Assembly (NCBI GenBank): GCA_964016885.1
Contig: OZ024748.1
Location: forward strand, 54,870,001-54,934,000
Length of the DNA stretch: 64,000 nucleotides
Direction of reading: 5' to 3'
Source of the DNA: Eledone cirrhosa
Taxonomy: Eukaryota
How positions within the stretch are numbered: the stretch's first letter is position 1; each line of letters begins with the position of its first letter. The notes beneath the pieces were generated by a model that did not search any database, was not told the DNA's origin, and saw only the letters and a program-made list of their open reading frames with translations. A program made the translations under genes and the position numbers. Positions 41,661-56,383 of the stretch are shown here, piece after piece.

Positions 41661-42712
41661 TCATTTTCTGTTATGAGTAACTAAAATGTCCGTGTGTATA
41701 CATGTATACGTGTGTGTTAGTATGTATATGTGTGTGTATGTATGTCTTACTATGTATGTGTGTGTAAGTATATGTGTGTGTTAGTATGTATGTGTGTGTG
41801 CATATGTGTGCATATGTGTTAGTATGTATATGTGTGTATGTATATGTGTGTATATGTCTGTATATGTATGTGTATGTATATGTGTGTGTTAGTATGTATA
41901 CGTATGTGTTAGTATGTATACGTGTGTGTTAGTATGTATATATGTGCGTTAGTATGTATATATGTGTGTGTTAGTATGTATATGTGTGTGTTAGTATGTA
42001 TATATGTGTGTCTTAGTATGTATATATGTGTGTGTGTGTGTTAGTATGTATATGTGTGTGTGTGTGTTAGTATGTATATGTGTGTTTGTATGTATATGCG
42101 TGTTAGTGCGTATAGGTGTGTATGCGCGCGCGCGTGTGTGCGTGTGTGCGCGTGCATGTGCGTGTGCGCGTGTGCGTGTGTGTGTGTGCGTGTGTTTGGT
42201 GGTAGGTGTTGGTTTAAGGAAACGAATGCTGCTGCTTCCTGTTTCGTTAGTTCACTATCAACTCTGTCACCCCGTCCCCTCTCTATCTCTCCCGCCCCGC
42301 CTTCTCTCTATAATCATCCTCATCTTTATCATTGTCATCATCCGCTTCTTCCTACTCTTCCCCTCCTCATCATCTGTGACGTCATTAGATGCCATCAGAT
42401 CCCATCAGATGTTGCTATTTCCAGCTTTTTTTTTTTCCGATTGTCACCCGAACACTGAAAATACAACTGAAACACGTATAAGGTGTATAGAGAGTTTGGT
42501 GGGAGGGGGAAGGGGAGGAAAAGAAAGAAAGAGAGAGAAGCAGAGAGGGACATAAATATATACACATGTGTGGGCTGGTGGGGATGGACAGGCGGTATGT
42601 TTGTACGTAATAAATTACCATTGCCTAGATTAAAACAATCCGACTGATCAAATGTCTTGTCAACAACTCGAGGTAGTCGATATTTCTGAGTGTGTGTGGG
42701 TGTGGGTGTGTG

Positions 42713-42754
<42 letters not shown>

Positions 42755-42789
42755 TGTGTGTGTAGAGAGAGAGAGAGATAGAGAGAGAG

Positions 42790-42826
<37 letters not shown>

Positions 42827-42964
42827 TAGAGATAGATAGAGAGAGAGAGAGATAGAGATAGATAGATAGAGATAGATAGAGAGAGATAGAGAGAGAGGCA
42901 GATAGAGAGAGACAGAGAGAGATATTTGTCTGTATTCAACTACACAAAAACACTGATTATATAT

Positions 42965-43287
<323 letters not shown>

Positions 43288-44492
43288 TAGGTACAAATAT
43301 TTATGTTTCAACTTTTCAGATAGGCCGTGTATGTATGTGTGTATGTGTGTGTACGTAGGTATATATATGCATATGTGTGTGTGTGTGTTGTCGTGTACAC
43401 ATATAAACATAAATATGCAGCGTTAGATATATATGTTCGTATGGATGTAGCATTTTCATTTACATAGGCAGGCACTCCTCATACTCTCACAAACACGTGT
43501 CTGTGTATGCATGTGTGTGTGTGCGTGGATGTGTAAGTGTGTGTGAGTGTGTGTGTGTCTGTGTGTGTGAGTGGATGTGTAAGTGTGTGTGTGTGCGTGT
43601 AAGTGTGCATGTGCATCGTGTGTGTGTGTGGATGGATGTGTAAGTGTGTGTGTGTGTGTGTGGATGGATGTGTAAGTGTGTGTGGATGTGTAAGTGTGTG
43701 TGCGTGGATGGGTAAGTGTGTGTGTGTGCGTGGATGTGTAAGTGTGTGCGGTGTGTGTACGCGCGTGTGTGTGTGTTTCTTGTTTAATTTATTTAATTTG
43801 AGTTCTTCAAAGACAGAAACAAAACACCATCGCCGAAATCTTGTGCCAAACATCAACGAGTATTACAGTTGAGAACCTGACAAAAATCTTGCTTATTGAT
43901 ATTGACCCGCGAACAGATTGTGTTTCGAAAGAGCATAGTAACTGATCACATGACATCCCTAGCATTTCACTAGTAACAATTGTCTGAGTGGATCCACAAG
44001 TTTCTTGTGTACATATGTGAATCAATAAGTTTTTATCCTGTCCGTCCGTGTCTGTCTATCCATCCGCCCGTCTGTCTATCTGTCTATCCATCCGCCTGTC
44101 CGTCCGTTCGTCTACCCCCCCCTCCGTGTATCTGGTAGAGGTTTAAACTTCTATGTTGTGTTCATATATTGTGTTCATATATTTGTATGTTGTGTTCATA
44201 TGTGTGTATATGTATCCAGTAGAGGTTAAACTACTGGAATGTTATACATATTTTACAAGTTAAAGGATTTTAATTGTAAATGCTAAGACTGTGACACAAA
44301 CAAATGACCAATAAGTAACTCTAGGTATGAAGCTTATGTTATAGTCAAGCTGGAAAGTCTACAGATTAGTTCGCAAACAAGCATTTTATATTTGACCTCA
44401 TTTTAACATCTGCTGGGCAGCTCACCCCCAGATCATTACATCTGTCTGTTATGCCTACCAGTTTACAGAGGTTTTGACAGAAATGCCACCAT

Positions 44493-44564
<72 letters not shown>

Positions 44565-45544
44565 TGTGTCGGTGTCTGTGTCTGTGTCTGTGTCTGTGTG
44601 TGTGGTTCAGAGGTTAAAGCGTCCACTCCTGATATCGAAAGTTCGCCCCCCTCCCTCTCTCACACAAACGCACGTACATGCTTATAAGTGTATATACACA
44701 TTCATGTATTTATGAATATACATGGCTCTCTCTCTCGCTATACATATATACGTATGTATATATGTACGCACACACACACATATATATATCTATACAAGCA
44801 CATAGACAGAGAGAGCAAGAGAGAGTGGAAGATTATTTACGCCCGGTATGTGATGTATACAAGAGAAAATGGCTGCACAGATGGCTGACTGTCCGCACCC
44901 ACTTCTCTTTTAATAATTTCCGTTCGATTAGTTACATCCGCCACGAACCTTTACAAAATGTATGTAAATTGTATAGGTAAAATTTTATAGTTGTTTAATT
45001 GGAATATCTTTTAGAAGTATAAAAAAACACTACAGACTATCTATGTATATGTGTGTATAGTTTGTTTGGAGTGAGATGTTATTCAAATCTTTTTTTTTTA
45101 TAAATAAATTGTGCGTTAGGAAATGTATGTGATTTCCATTTTTTTCCAAAATTGAACAATATTGTCTATATTGAATGTCTTTTACACATACATACATAAT
45201 GTATGTATGTATGTATGTGCTTCTGGTTTTATAATTTCACAAAGTTTTACCAATAGAGACTCGGTTTCTAACATATACACAAGACTCTCTCATTGGAATT
45301 TACACAACATCAACTAGGTAGATATGTATGTATGCATGCATGTGTAGATATGGATGTTATTGTATGTGTGGATGTGGATGTTTTGAGTTGTATGTGTGCA
45401 TGTGTATATGCTTTGCATCTGTACATGTGTATGTATGGTTGTATATATGTATGTCAACGGCCATCCAAAAGTGTGTAAATATGTATATACACATGTACAT
45501 ATGTATGTATATGTGTATATACATGGATGCATTTGTATGTATAT

Positions 45545-45645
45545 GCGCGGGGGACATAGAAATAGTCGGGCTGGACACCCGATCGCGCGGTTAAACCACT
45601 GGGAGTGAAGGACCCCCTGCAACACTGATTCTCTTTTTTCTGTGA
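45545..45645 (+). mobile_element. GC-rich island related to fold-back family P2 (probable pLTR fragment)
   Basis: Ends in 27 bp identical to the P2 arm terminus; contains GAAATAGTC (hammerhead-3'-half-like) and several short hairpins. Confidence 0.5.
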
Positions 45646-45652
45646 CACACAG

Positions 45653-45705
<53 letters not shown>

Positions 45706-46399
45706 ATATATACGTATATATTGGGTTCTCTTAATTGAAAAACAAAGAAGATCCAGTTTAAATGAATACACATTTATTTTGTTTAATCTATAGAGAACAT
45801 GTTTTATTTAGGTTTTCAGGTCAATGGTGAATTCCTTGTTCACCACATTAAAAATAAATTATTACATTTATCATTAATCACATTACTCTTTTAACATTAC
45901 AAAATTTATGCCACGAGCTGTTTTATGTTCTCTCTCGATCGTTTTACATTTATTTAGTCGAATTCCTCTCGGCCAAAAATATACGTAACTATTTTTAGTT
46001 GTACTGTGATATGTCTTCAAGATCGAATATAATTACAAGAACAAATAGAACCGAGGCACATTTTCATAGTTGTCACTTGTCAGTAGACAGAGGTCAGATT
46101 GTCCTTAAGCATGTAAATTAACTCACCCATCTTGAAATTATCTCCCTTTCTTTTTTATCAGTCGCACAAAACTTACCACTCACAGGTCCTTCAATACTTC
46201 TACAGATCTTACGGACAAGAGCACCTCTACCAGTCCCACGGCCATCACCACCACCACCACCACCATTCTACCGCTCTCGCGACCGTCTCAACGTTTACCG
46301 CTCTCATGACGACGACGGCGGCGACCACCACCACCACTATCGCTGTCACGACCACCACTACTTCTACTGCTGCTCTCACGAACACCACTTGCTCTACTG

Positions 46400-49300
46400 C
46401 TTTCGCAACCACTACCGCTCTCACGACCATCACTACCTCTACCGCTCACGACCACCTCTACCGCTCTCACGACCACCTCTACCGCTCTCACGACCACCAC
46501 TACCGCTCATGACCACCACCACAGCTCTCACGACCACCACCACAGCTCTCACGACCACCTCTACCGCTCTCACGACCACCACTACCGCTCATGACCACCA
46601 CCACAGCTCTCACGACCACCTCTACCGCTCTCACGACCACCACTACCGCTCTCACGACCACCACTACCGCTCTCACGACCACCACTACCGCTCTCACGAC
46701 CACCACTACCGCTCTCACGACCACCACTACCGCTCTTACGACCACCACTACCGCTCTCACGACCACCACTACCGCTCTCACGACCACCACTACCGCTCTC
46801 ACGACCACCACTACCGCTCTCACGACCACCACTACCGCTCTCACGACCACCACTACTACTCTCACGACCACCACTACCACTCTCACGACCACCACTACCA
46901 CTCTCACGACCACCACTACCGCTCTCACGACCACCACTACTACTCTCACGACCACCACTACTACTCTCACGACCACCATTACCGCTCTCACGACCACCAC
47001 TACCACTCTCACGACCACCACTACCACTCTCACAACCACCACTACCGCTCTCACGACCACCACTACGGCTCTCACGACCACCACTACCACTCACGACCAC
47101 CACTACCACTCTCACAACCACCACTACCGCTCTCACGACCACCACTACCACTCTCACGACCACCACTACCACTCACGACCACCACTACCGCTCTCACGAC
47201 CACCACTACCGCTCTCACGACCACCACTACTACTCTCGCGACCACCATTACCGCTCTCACGACCACCACTACCACTCACGACCACCACTACCGCTCTCAC
47301 GACCACCACTACCACTCACGACCACCACTACCGCTCTCACGACCACCACTACCACTCTCACGACCACCACTACCGCTCTCACGAATACCACTACCGCTCT
47401 CACGACCACCACTACCACTCACGACCACCACTACCACTCTCACGACCACCACTACCGCTCACACGACTACCACTCTCACGACCACCACTACCACTCACGA
47501 CCACCACTACCGCTCTCACGACCACCACTACCACTCACGACCACCACTACCGCTCTCACGACCACCACTACCACTCTCACGACCACCACTACCACTCTCA
47601 CGACCACCACTACCACTCACACGACCACCACTCTCACGACCACCACTACCGCTCACACGACCACCACTCTCACGACCACCACTACCACTCACGACCACCA
47701 CTACCACTCTCACGACCACCACTACCACTCTCACGACCACCACTACCGCTCACACGACTACCACTCTCACGACCACCACTACCACTCACGACCACCACTA
47801 CCACTCACGACCACCACTACCGCTCTCACGACCACCACTACCGCTCTCACGACCACCACTATCACTCACACGACCACCACTCTCACGACCACCACTCTCA
47901 CGACCACCACTACCACTCACGACCACCACTACCACTCACGACCACCACTACCGCTCTCACGACCACCACTACCGCTCTCACGACCACCACTATCACTCAC
48001 ACGACCACCACTCTCACGACCACCACTCTCACGACCACCACTCTCACGACCACCACTACCGCTCACACGACCACCACTCTCACGACCACCACTACCACTC
48101 ACGACCACCACTACCACTCACGACCACCACTACCACTCTCACGACCACCACTACCACTCTCACGACCACCACTACCACTCACGACCACCACAACCGCTCA
48201 CACGACCACCACTACTACTCTCACGACCACCACTACCGCTCTCACGACCACCACTACCGCTCTCACGACCACCACTACCGCTCTCACGACCACCACTACC
48301 GCTCTCACGACCACCACTACCGCTCTCACGACCACCACTACCGCTCTCACGACCACCACTACCGCTCTCACGACCACCACTACCGCTCTCACGACCACCA
48401 CTACCGCTCTCACGACCACCACTACCGCTCTCACGACCACCACTACTACTCTCACGACCACCACTACCACTCTCATGACCACCACTACCACTCTCACGAC
48501 CACCACTACCGCTCTCACGACCACCACTACTACTCTCACGACCACCACTACTACTCTCACGACCACCACTACCGCTCTCACGAATACCACTACCGCTCTC
48601 ACGACCACCACTACCACTCACGACCACCACTACCACTCTCACGACCACCACTACCGCTCACACGACTACCACTCTCACGACCACCACTACCACTCACGAC
48701 CACCACTACCGCTCTCACGACCACCACTACCACTCACGACCACCACTACCGCTCTCACGACCACCACTACCACTCTCACGACCACCACTACCACTCTCAC
48801 GACCACCACTACCACTCACACGACCACCACTCTCACGACCACCACTACCGCTCACACGACCACCACTCTCACGACCACCACTACCACTCACGACCACCAC
48901 TACCACTCTCACGACCACCACTACCACTCTCACGACCACCACTACCGCTCACACGACTACCACTCTCACGACCACCACTACCACTCACGACCACCACTAC
49001 CACTCACGACCACCACTACCGCTCTCACGACCACCACTACCGCTCTCACGACCACCACTATCACTCACACGACCACCACTCTCACGACCACCACTACCAC
49101 TCACGACCACCACTACCACTCACGACCACCACTACCACTCACGACCACCACTACCGCTCTCACGACCACCACTACCGCTCTCACGACCACCACTATCACT
49201 CACACGACCACCACTCTCACGACCACCACTACCACTCACGACCACCACTACCACTCACACGACCACCACTACTACTCTCACGACCACCACTACTACTCTC

Positions 49301-50020
49301 ACGACCACCACTACCGCTCTCACGACCACCACTACCACTCACGACCACCACTACCCCTCTCACGACCACCACTACCGCTCACACGACCACCACTACCACT
49401 CTCACGACCACCACTACCACTCTCATGACCACCACTACTACTCTCACGACCACCACTACCACTCTCACGACCGCCACTACTACTCTCACGACCACCACTA
49501 CCACTCTCACGACCACCACTACTACTCTCACGACCACCACTACCGCTCACACGACCACCACTACCACTCTCACGACCACCACTACCACTCTCACGACCAC
49601 CACTACTACTCTCACGACCACCACTACCGCTCTCACGACCACCACTACCACTCTCACGACCACCACTACCACTCTCACGACCACCACTACCACTCTCACG
49701 ACCACCACTACTACTCTCACGACCACCACTACCGCTCACACGACCACCACTACCACTCTCACGACCACCACTACCACTCTCACGACCACCACTACTACTC
49801 TCACGACCACCACTACCACTCTCACGACCACCACTACTACTCTCACGACCACCACTACCGCTCACACGACCACCACTACCACTCTCACGACCACCACTAC
49901 CACTCTCACGACCACCACTACTACTCTCACGACCACCACTGCCGCTCTCACGACCACCACTACCGCTCTCACGACCACCACTACCACTCACGACCACCAC
50001 TACCACTCACGACCACCAAT
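46400..50020. repeat. 21-bp minisatellite CTCTCACGACCACCACTACCG with 19/15-bp variants and a ~1.2-kb higher-order duplication
   Basis: Identical ORF translations at 47528-47743 and 48727-48942 (offset 1199). Confidence 0.95.
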
Positions 50021-50129
50021 GCCTCTAATGTTCTCACAATCATCACTACTTGTACCGCTCTCATGACTATCACTACCTCTACCCTTCTTATGGCCGCCAT
50101 TATACTATCAACATTAAAACGAGAGGGAT

Positions 50130-50344
50130 TCAATACATGGTCGGTTGTTCACCTTGCTAGAATTTGTAGCCAAATATTTCCCCAAACAACATTCTATATG
50201 TTTCTAACGAAGGAGAAGACATGGAAATGTTTAGAGATACACTGTTTTAGAAAAGGACAAAAAATGGACTTGGTGGCCATGGCCGGAAAACGTTTGGTGA
50301 AAGACCAATCATAGTAGTAGCAATGCAATACAGTCAATCAGGTT

Positions 50345-50350
<6 letters not shown>
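50130..50350 (+). mobile_element. Repeat family C copy with (AAC)n tail
   Basis: ACATGGTCGGTTGTTCACCTTGCTAGAA..AGCCAAAT.., followed by (ACA)n. Confidence 0.5.
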
Positions 50351-50375
<25 letters not shown>

Positions 50376-50399
50376 CCACCACCACCCCCACCCTCACTC

Positions 50400-51157
50400 C
50401 TTGGATGAATATCTCCAATATAATTGTTGGTCGCCTTGGAAACATTCCGCCACCTTTGCACTTCTTTATCATCATTTTCATCTCCGACCATCACCCCCCT
50501 CCCCCTCCTCCTCCCCCTACTATCACTAGTATGACCACCACTATCATCATTATCCTCACCATCATAATAGTCATCATCATTATCATCATCTCCACCTTTC
50601 AACCTCCAACCCCGCCCCCTCCCCCTCTCTCTCTCCCACCACCACACCATCACTTTCATCCACATCATGAGGATTATCATCTCCGCTTTTCATCCCTTCA
50701 CTATAACCATCATCATCATCATCATCACCACCACCAACACCACCATCATCATCATCACGATCTTCACCAGTCATCACCCCCCCCCCCCCCCCCCCCTCAC
50801 TCCCACCATCAACTCCACCACCACCACCACCACCATCATCATCATCACGATGTTCCCCATTCATCACCCCTCCCACCACCCACTCCACCACCACCATCAT
50901 CATCATGCACTCCGCCATTCACCTCCACCACCACCACCATCATCATCATCTCGATCTCCTCCATTCATCATCCTCACTTCCACCACCACCACCATCGTCA
51001 TCATCAACTTCGCCATTCATCAACCCTCACTTCCTCCTCCACCACCATCATCATCATCACGATCTTCATTCATCACCCCTCCCACCATCAACTCCACCAC
51101 CACCACCATCATCATCATCATCACGATCTTCATTCATCACCCCTCCCACCATCAACT

Positions 51158-51190
<33 letters not shown>

Positions 51191-51227
51191 TCACGATCTT
51201 CATTCATCACCCCTCCCACCATCAACT

Positions 51228-51260
<33 letters not shown>

Positions 51261-52215
51261 TCACGATCTTCATTCATCACCCCTCCCACCATCAACTCCA
51301 CCACCACCATCATCATCATCATCACGATCATTCCCATTCATCACCTCTCACTTCCATCACCAACTCCACCACCACCAAGATCTTCACCCCTCACTCCACC
51401 TCCAACTCCACCATTATCATCATCATCATCATCATCATGAACCTCGCCATTCACCGCCACACTTCCAATATTACCATGATGATCATCATCACGATCTTTG
51501 CCATTCATTAACCCTCACTTCAACCCCACCACCAAAATCACCATCACCACCACCACTACCACCATCATCCTCATTACGATCTCCATCACCCCCACCATCG
51601 TCATCACCCCGACCCCACCACCACCATTCATCATCCCTCACTACCACCACCACCATACACACCATCCTCATCACGATCTCCACCATTCAGCAGCCCTCAC
51701 CACCACCACCACCACCATTATCACCATCTCCACCACCACGATTTCCACCATTCATCAGCCCTGACTACCACCACCACCATACACACCATCCTCATCACGA
51801 TCTCCACCACCACGATCTCCACCATTCATCAGCCCTCACCACCAGCACCACCACCATTATCACCATCTCCACCACCACGATTTCCACCATTCAGCAGCCC
51901 TCACCACCACCACCACCATTATCACGATCTCCACCACCACGATTTCCACCATTCAGCAGCCCTCACCACCACCATTATCACGATCTCCACCACCACGATT
52001 TCCACCATTCAGCAGCCCTCACCACCACCACCACCACCATTATCACCATCTCCACCACCACGATTTCCACCATTCAGCAGCCCTCACCACCACCACCACC
52101 ATTATCACGATCTCCACCACCACGATTTCCACCATTCAGCAGCCCTCACCACCACCACCACCATTATCACGATCTCCACCACCACGATTTCCACCATTCA
52201 GCAGCCCTCACCACT
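50400..52215. repeat. (CAT/CAC)-derived low-complexity and minisatellite tract
   Basis: Direct inspection. Confidence 0.85.
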
Positions 52216-52659
52216 TCCATGTTATTGCTCTATTTTATATATACTTTATTACTTCGCCCGGTCATATCTTCTTATTTTACACCAAACCTATTCCAATACT
52301 TTCCTATCTCCAACACAGAGACCCCTTTCCCTTTAAATCCCACATCCGGAATTTTCCTGCTCATCACATTTAACCCTTTCCCTCATGCCACCCAATCCCA
52401 ACCAATTCACCTATTTGTTATAATGTATTTGACCTAATTTCCAATGCTCCCTTTATTCAATATTGGTTTCCTTTTTGTCATTAGCCGACAACTGACCTAT
52501 ATTTTAAAGGCAGCAAAGGGAAAGAGAAATAAGATGTTGTGATGTTTATGCCCTTCCGAGGAATATAAACAGTTTAAAGTGGGGTGAAACTGTTTCAGCT
52601 TTTGAGGATTGAAACCTTTTCGTAATCACAAATTCACGTGAGTTATTTAAGTTATAGTA

Positions 52660-52716
52660 AAATAAAGTACCAGTAATGCACTGGATAATTGCTGGCCTTG
52701 TGCCCAAAGTAGAAAC
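52660..52716 (+). mobile_element. 57-bp 5'-truncated SINE family A insertion
   Basis: Perfect 19-bp TSD AGTTATTTAAGTTATAGTA at 52641-52659 and 52717-52735. Confidence 0.9.
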
Positions 52717-52977
52717 AGTTATTTAAGTTATAGTATACATGATGTTGTGAACAATATCACCGTCAGTTATAGGTTTCTAACAGACAAATCAATAGTTCTC
52801 TGCATTTACGATGCGGAGAATGACAAGAGGGCGTCTCCATGTCCTGAGTGTAACAAATATCACAAGGGTATATTTGTTCGAAAGCAATGACTTATAATAT
52901 ATCTCGTCGATGTTAACATCATTTGCGGATATACATCGCTGAAAGGTATTCACAGAAACACTCAATATTATATAATT

Positions 52978-53165
52978 GGTGGTGAGTTGGCAGTATCGGT
53001 AGAGGGTCGGACGCCATGATTTCTAGCATAGTTACATCCCTTTACAGTCTGAGTTCAAATCCCGCCGAGGTTGACTTTGCCTTTCATCCTTACGGGGTCG
53101 ATAACAAAGTACCAGTAATGTACTGGGTAATTGCTGGCCTTGTGCCTAAAGTAGAAACAATTATA
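52978..53165 (+). mobile_element. SINE family A, full-length young copy
   Basis: GGTGGTGAGTTGGCAGTATCGG..GAGTTCAAATCCCGCC..GTAGAAACAATT. Confidence 0.92.
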
Positions 53166-53189
53166 TATATATATATATAGAGAGAGAGA

Positions 53190-53414
53190 GATTAGAGCAA
53201 ACATTACGGGCGCTCTATCTCAAAATTATTTTTGAAAAGCATTAGAAATGCGCAACCGGTAAAACTTAAAACCAAAACTGAATACTAACCAATACTATTA
53301 CTAATTTTTACTTATTCCTAATTAAACTATTTTTCTCTGGGAACAATTTGTCAGTATTTTCTTTTCCGTTTACCAATATATCATAACTCGTGTGTTACAC
53401 CTCTATTCTTTTAA
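53190..53414 (+). mobile_element. Probable Penelope-like pLTR 3' end with a variant hammerhead (53229-53264)
   Basis: TTT-TTGAAAA-GCATTagaAATGC-GCAA-CCGGTA-AAA: U3:A8 covariant core, A13C mutation, palindromic stem III ACCGGT. The last ~29 nt (CTYGTGTGTTACACCTCTATTCTTTTAA then (TA)n) recur at 62935-62963. Confidence 0.6.
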
Positions 53415-53428
53415 ATATATATATATAT

Positions 53429-53617
53429 ATAATTAAGTTAAATATGTAAAATTTGGCTTCGTTTATTATAAATTATAGATAAACGAAGCCAAATTTTACA
53501 TATTTGACTTAATTATTTTACATTAATCCGGAGTAAACAAACCAACCTGCATACTTCGTCGAGTGCTCCAATCTGCATACTAGGTGTCGGTAAACAATCA
53601 ACATATACTCAAAATTT
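53429..53617 (+). mobile_element. Fold-back element P3: 38-bp-arm palindrome plus ~100-nt unique tail between (TA)n tracts
   Basis: Arms 53429-53466 and 53479-53516 with 1 mismatch. Confidence 0.7.
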
Positions 53618-53631
53618 ATATATATATATAT

Positions 53632-54060
53632 TGAGTTAAGAACTCAGAGTAGTCTCTTACAATTAAATAGTTCTAAGAAAAAAGCTTTTCCGAGCCGAAC
53701 AATATAATTGAATAAACAAGAGAGATGAACACTAATATAAACATACATGTGTTCGAATCGTAAGGACCAAATTTGCTAGGTTAAAAAAATACTAAGTACA
53801 GCAATGTTGTTTGTTATTCTTAACTTTAAATATTAAATTAAGAAAAATTAAGAAAAATAACAAACCTATATTGGGCAAAACGCCTGCCCAATATAGGTCT
53901 GTTATTTCTCTTAATTTTTCTTAATTTAATATTTAAAGTTAAGAATAACAAACAACATTGCTGCAGTTAGTATTTTTTTAACCTAGCAAATTTGGTCCTT
54001 ACGATTCGAACACATGTATGTTTATATAAGTGTTCATCTCTCTTGTTTATTCAATTATAT
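53632..54060 (-). mobile_element. Fold-back element P4: ~70-nt unique tail plus 176-bp-arm palindrome between (TA)n tracts
   Basis: Arms 53702-53877 and 53885-54060, 7-nt loop AAACGCC, few mismatches. Confidence 0.8.
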
Positions 54061-54742
54061 ATATATATAATATCGTGCAAACTCCAAATTTTGTTCTATC
54101 GCGGATGTTGACCGACCGTCGCAGCTACGATTTCGTCGCAGCTACGATTTTACTAACCTTCCAATCGTGTATATATATATATATATATATACTGTGTGTG
54201 TACATATATATATATACGTGTAATGTGTACATACAAATATACACGTACACAGTACGTGTATATATATATATATATACACGCACTATACATATATTGTACA
54301 CAAACACTATATATATATATATACACACACAGACATGCACATACACACACACACTATGCACACACACACACACGGCCATACACACGAGACGTCGGCGCAG
54401 TTTCTGTCTAACAAATTTCACTGAATGCATTAGATGAACTCTAGGTGATGTTATATGACACTTGCCACAGTGTCATCTAGCGGAATCGAACTAGTATTAA
54501 TTTGGTCTTTCATCTGTCTGATGGATGATAAAATCAGTATCTGTCAGGTCTTAAGGTCGGTAATAGCTCCTATTCTTTACCAACAGATTTTCTGGTCAAT
54601 ATACTGACAGGATAAGTAACGTACTTCACTAAATGATTTACAGTATTTAATGCTACACTGTACAACGGAATATATAAATAGATATTTTGGTCATTGCTCT
54701 ATGTATAGATAGAAGAAAATATTGTTTTTTTTATAGATATTA

Positions 54743-55095
54743 CTAGCATAGTACCCGTCAAAAATGATGGGGTGGATACTATTAAATGCAAAAATCAACA
54801 AGAAGAAAAGACAAAAAAAAAAAATCAACTAAAACAATGTTTAATTTTATAATTTTATTATAACATTCTATATGAAAACTGAGAAGTGAGGTATGTGTGT
54901 GTGGGGTGGGTGTGAGGGAGGGGTGTGTGTGAATGTTCGTGTGTGTTTTTGAGGAGCAATATATACGGGGTGAGGGGGGGGGGAGGGGTGAGAGTGAGTG
55001 AGTCGATCGTCAGTTTTGACCACGAGTGTTCCAGTTATTCAAAGTATGGAACAGAAGACAGGAAAGACAATTCATACATACGAACAAACACATGC
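54743..55095 (-). mobile_element. Non-autonomous Helitron-like element (3' end clear, 5' end uncertain)
   Basis: Minus strand ends CCCATCA-TTTT-TGACGGG-TACTATG-CTAG|T: a GC hairpin 7 nt before CTAG followed by T, the Helitron 3' signature. Confidence 0.65.
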
Positions 55096-55423
55096 ATGCA
55101 TGCATGCATATATTCACATATATACATACATACACACACAAGCATGCATACATACAATACATATATGACGTTCTAAGTGATGTATAATTCTAATGAAGAG
55201 CTCTGGTGTCGGTGTTGTGAACCAACTCAATCCCACCCCAGAAGAGCAGCAAACGTTCACAAATACACAAGAAACTATCAAGTTTATCTTTAATATATAA
55301 ATAAAACATTGAACATAGTTGACTTTTTTATATTTCAACTTAGCTGCTGATACGGAAACAATGAAAGAATAAATATAGGTTAAATATCATTAGTATTAAA
55401 TTATATTGTTATAGGTACCAAGA

Positions 55424-55644
55424 AATTATTTCTACTATATGCACAAGGCCAGCAATTTGGGGAGAGGGGGAAAGTCGATTAAATCAACCCTAGTACATTA
55501 CTGGTACTTTATTTTATCGACCCCGTAAGGATGAAAGGCAAAGCTAACCTCGGGGGAATTTGAGCTCAGAACGTAAAGAACCGTAACTATATACCACGAA
55601 GCATGTTGTCCGACGCTCCACCGATACTGACAACCCACCACCCT
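55424..55644 (-). mobile_element. SINE family A, long subfamily
   Basis: Full length; TSD core ACCAAGAAAT at 55417-55426 and 55652-55661. Confidence 0.88.
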
Positions 55645-55689
55645 TATGGGAACCAAGAAATAGAAGGAAGACACAATCTAATCTGGCCG

Positions 55690-55950
55690 AGTTTACACTC
55701 GCAAATAAGAAGAACCAGGGTCACCCCTAGGAGCCTTTGATTTGGTGTACTTTATACTTCTTTCGGTTGCTGAATACAATCAGGGGACGTTGCTTCTCCT
55801 GAATGTCAATAGTTCTCTTCTAACTCGAGCGTGAGTGCCTTTCCATTGTCAATTTGCATTGATCAACTGCAAAGCCGCATTGATCTCAGAACCACTACAC
55901 CAGTCTTTCGATGTGTGCAACTGGAACTACTGTCACCCATTGATTTGGCA
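55690..55950 (-). pseudogene. Possible highly decayed LINE reverse-transcriptase fragment (I/Ingi-like)
   Basis: Minus strand with frameshifts: INAALQLI..QWK..ELLTF..PNQRLLGVTL, resembling the RT C-terminal pattern 'AL..WK..N..K..F..P.LLGVTLD'. Confidence 0.3.
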
Positions 55951-56347
55951 GGATTTTATTTTATTTTATTTTATTTTTTCTTAGATGGCATTTGACTCTT
56001 ATGAGTTCTTTCGCCTTTTTGTCAGGTTTTGTTTTTTGTCCTGCAGGGTGTCTAAAATCACCCTCCTCAGCAAGTAAACTTGACACAAACCTACAAACAA
56101 CGACACAAGCACAAATACAACAGAAAGTCAAGACAACAAACAAATAGACAAAGAGCGATGTACAAAGGACCTGTTTCACCCATCACTATGGAGCTTGATC
56201 CGCTTTTGATCATATCAATGAATCTATATACTGCACAATAACACAGTGCTTATATATATATATGTAAAAGGTAAACAGAAATAACACAATCGGTACAGTA
56301 TATGGAAGGAATATATTAGGTTAAAGTTTGAACTAGCAGGAAGAAGG

Positions 56348-56383
56348 TCTTAATGTTTCGGACGCTAGTCCTTCATCAGAAGA
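56348..56383 (-). ncRNA. Minimal type I hammerhead ribozyme (PLE-type) within a ~210-bp island between (TA)n tracts
   Basis: TCTT-CTGATGA-A-GGAC-TAGC-GTCC-GAAAC-ATT-AAGA. Stem III is ACAT where palindromic ACGT is expected (one substitution). Confidence 0.7.

Noticed and set aside
45555-45600. Twister-ribozyme-like stretch on the minus strand (TAA..GC..CGGGTGTCCAGCCCG)
   Set aside because: The P2 3' strand and the T1 pseudoknot partner are missing; a pLTR-fragment reading fits better.
46389-50066. His-rich/Thr-rich 1225-aa ORF
   Set aside because: 19-bp variant units shift the frame repeatedly, which is inconsistent with coding constraint.
52978-53070. tRNA gene
   Set aside because: The A and B boxes belong to SINE heads with an expanded spacer; there is no cloverleaf or acceptor stem.
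56041-56073. Minus-strand CTGAGGA followed by hairpin GGGTG/CACCC
   Set aside because: No GAAA or stem III follows, so it is not a hammerhead.
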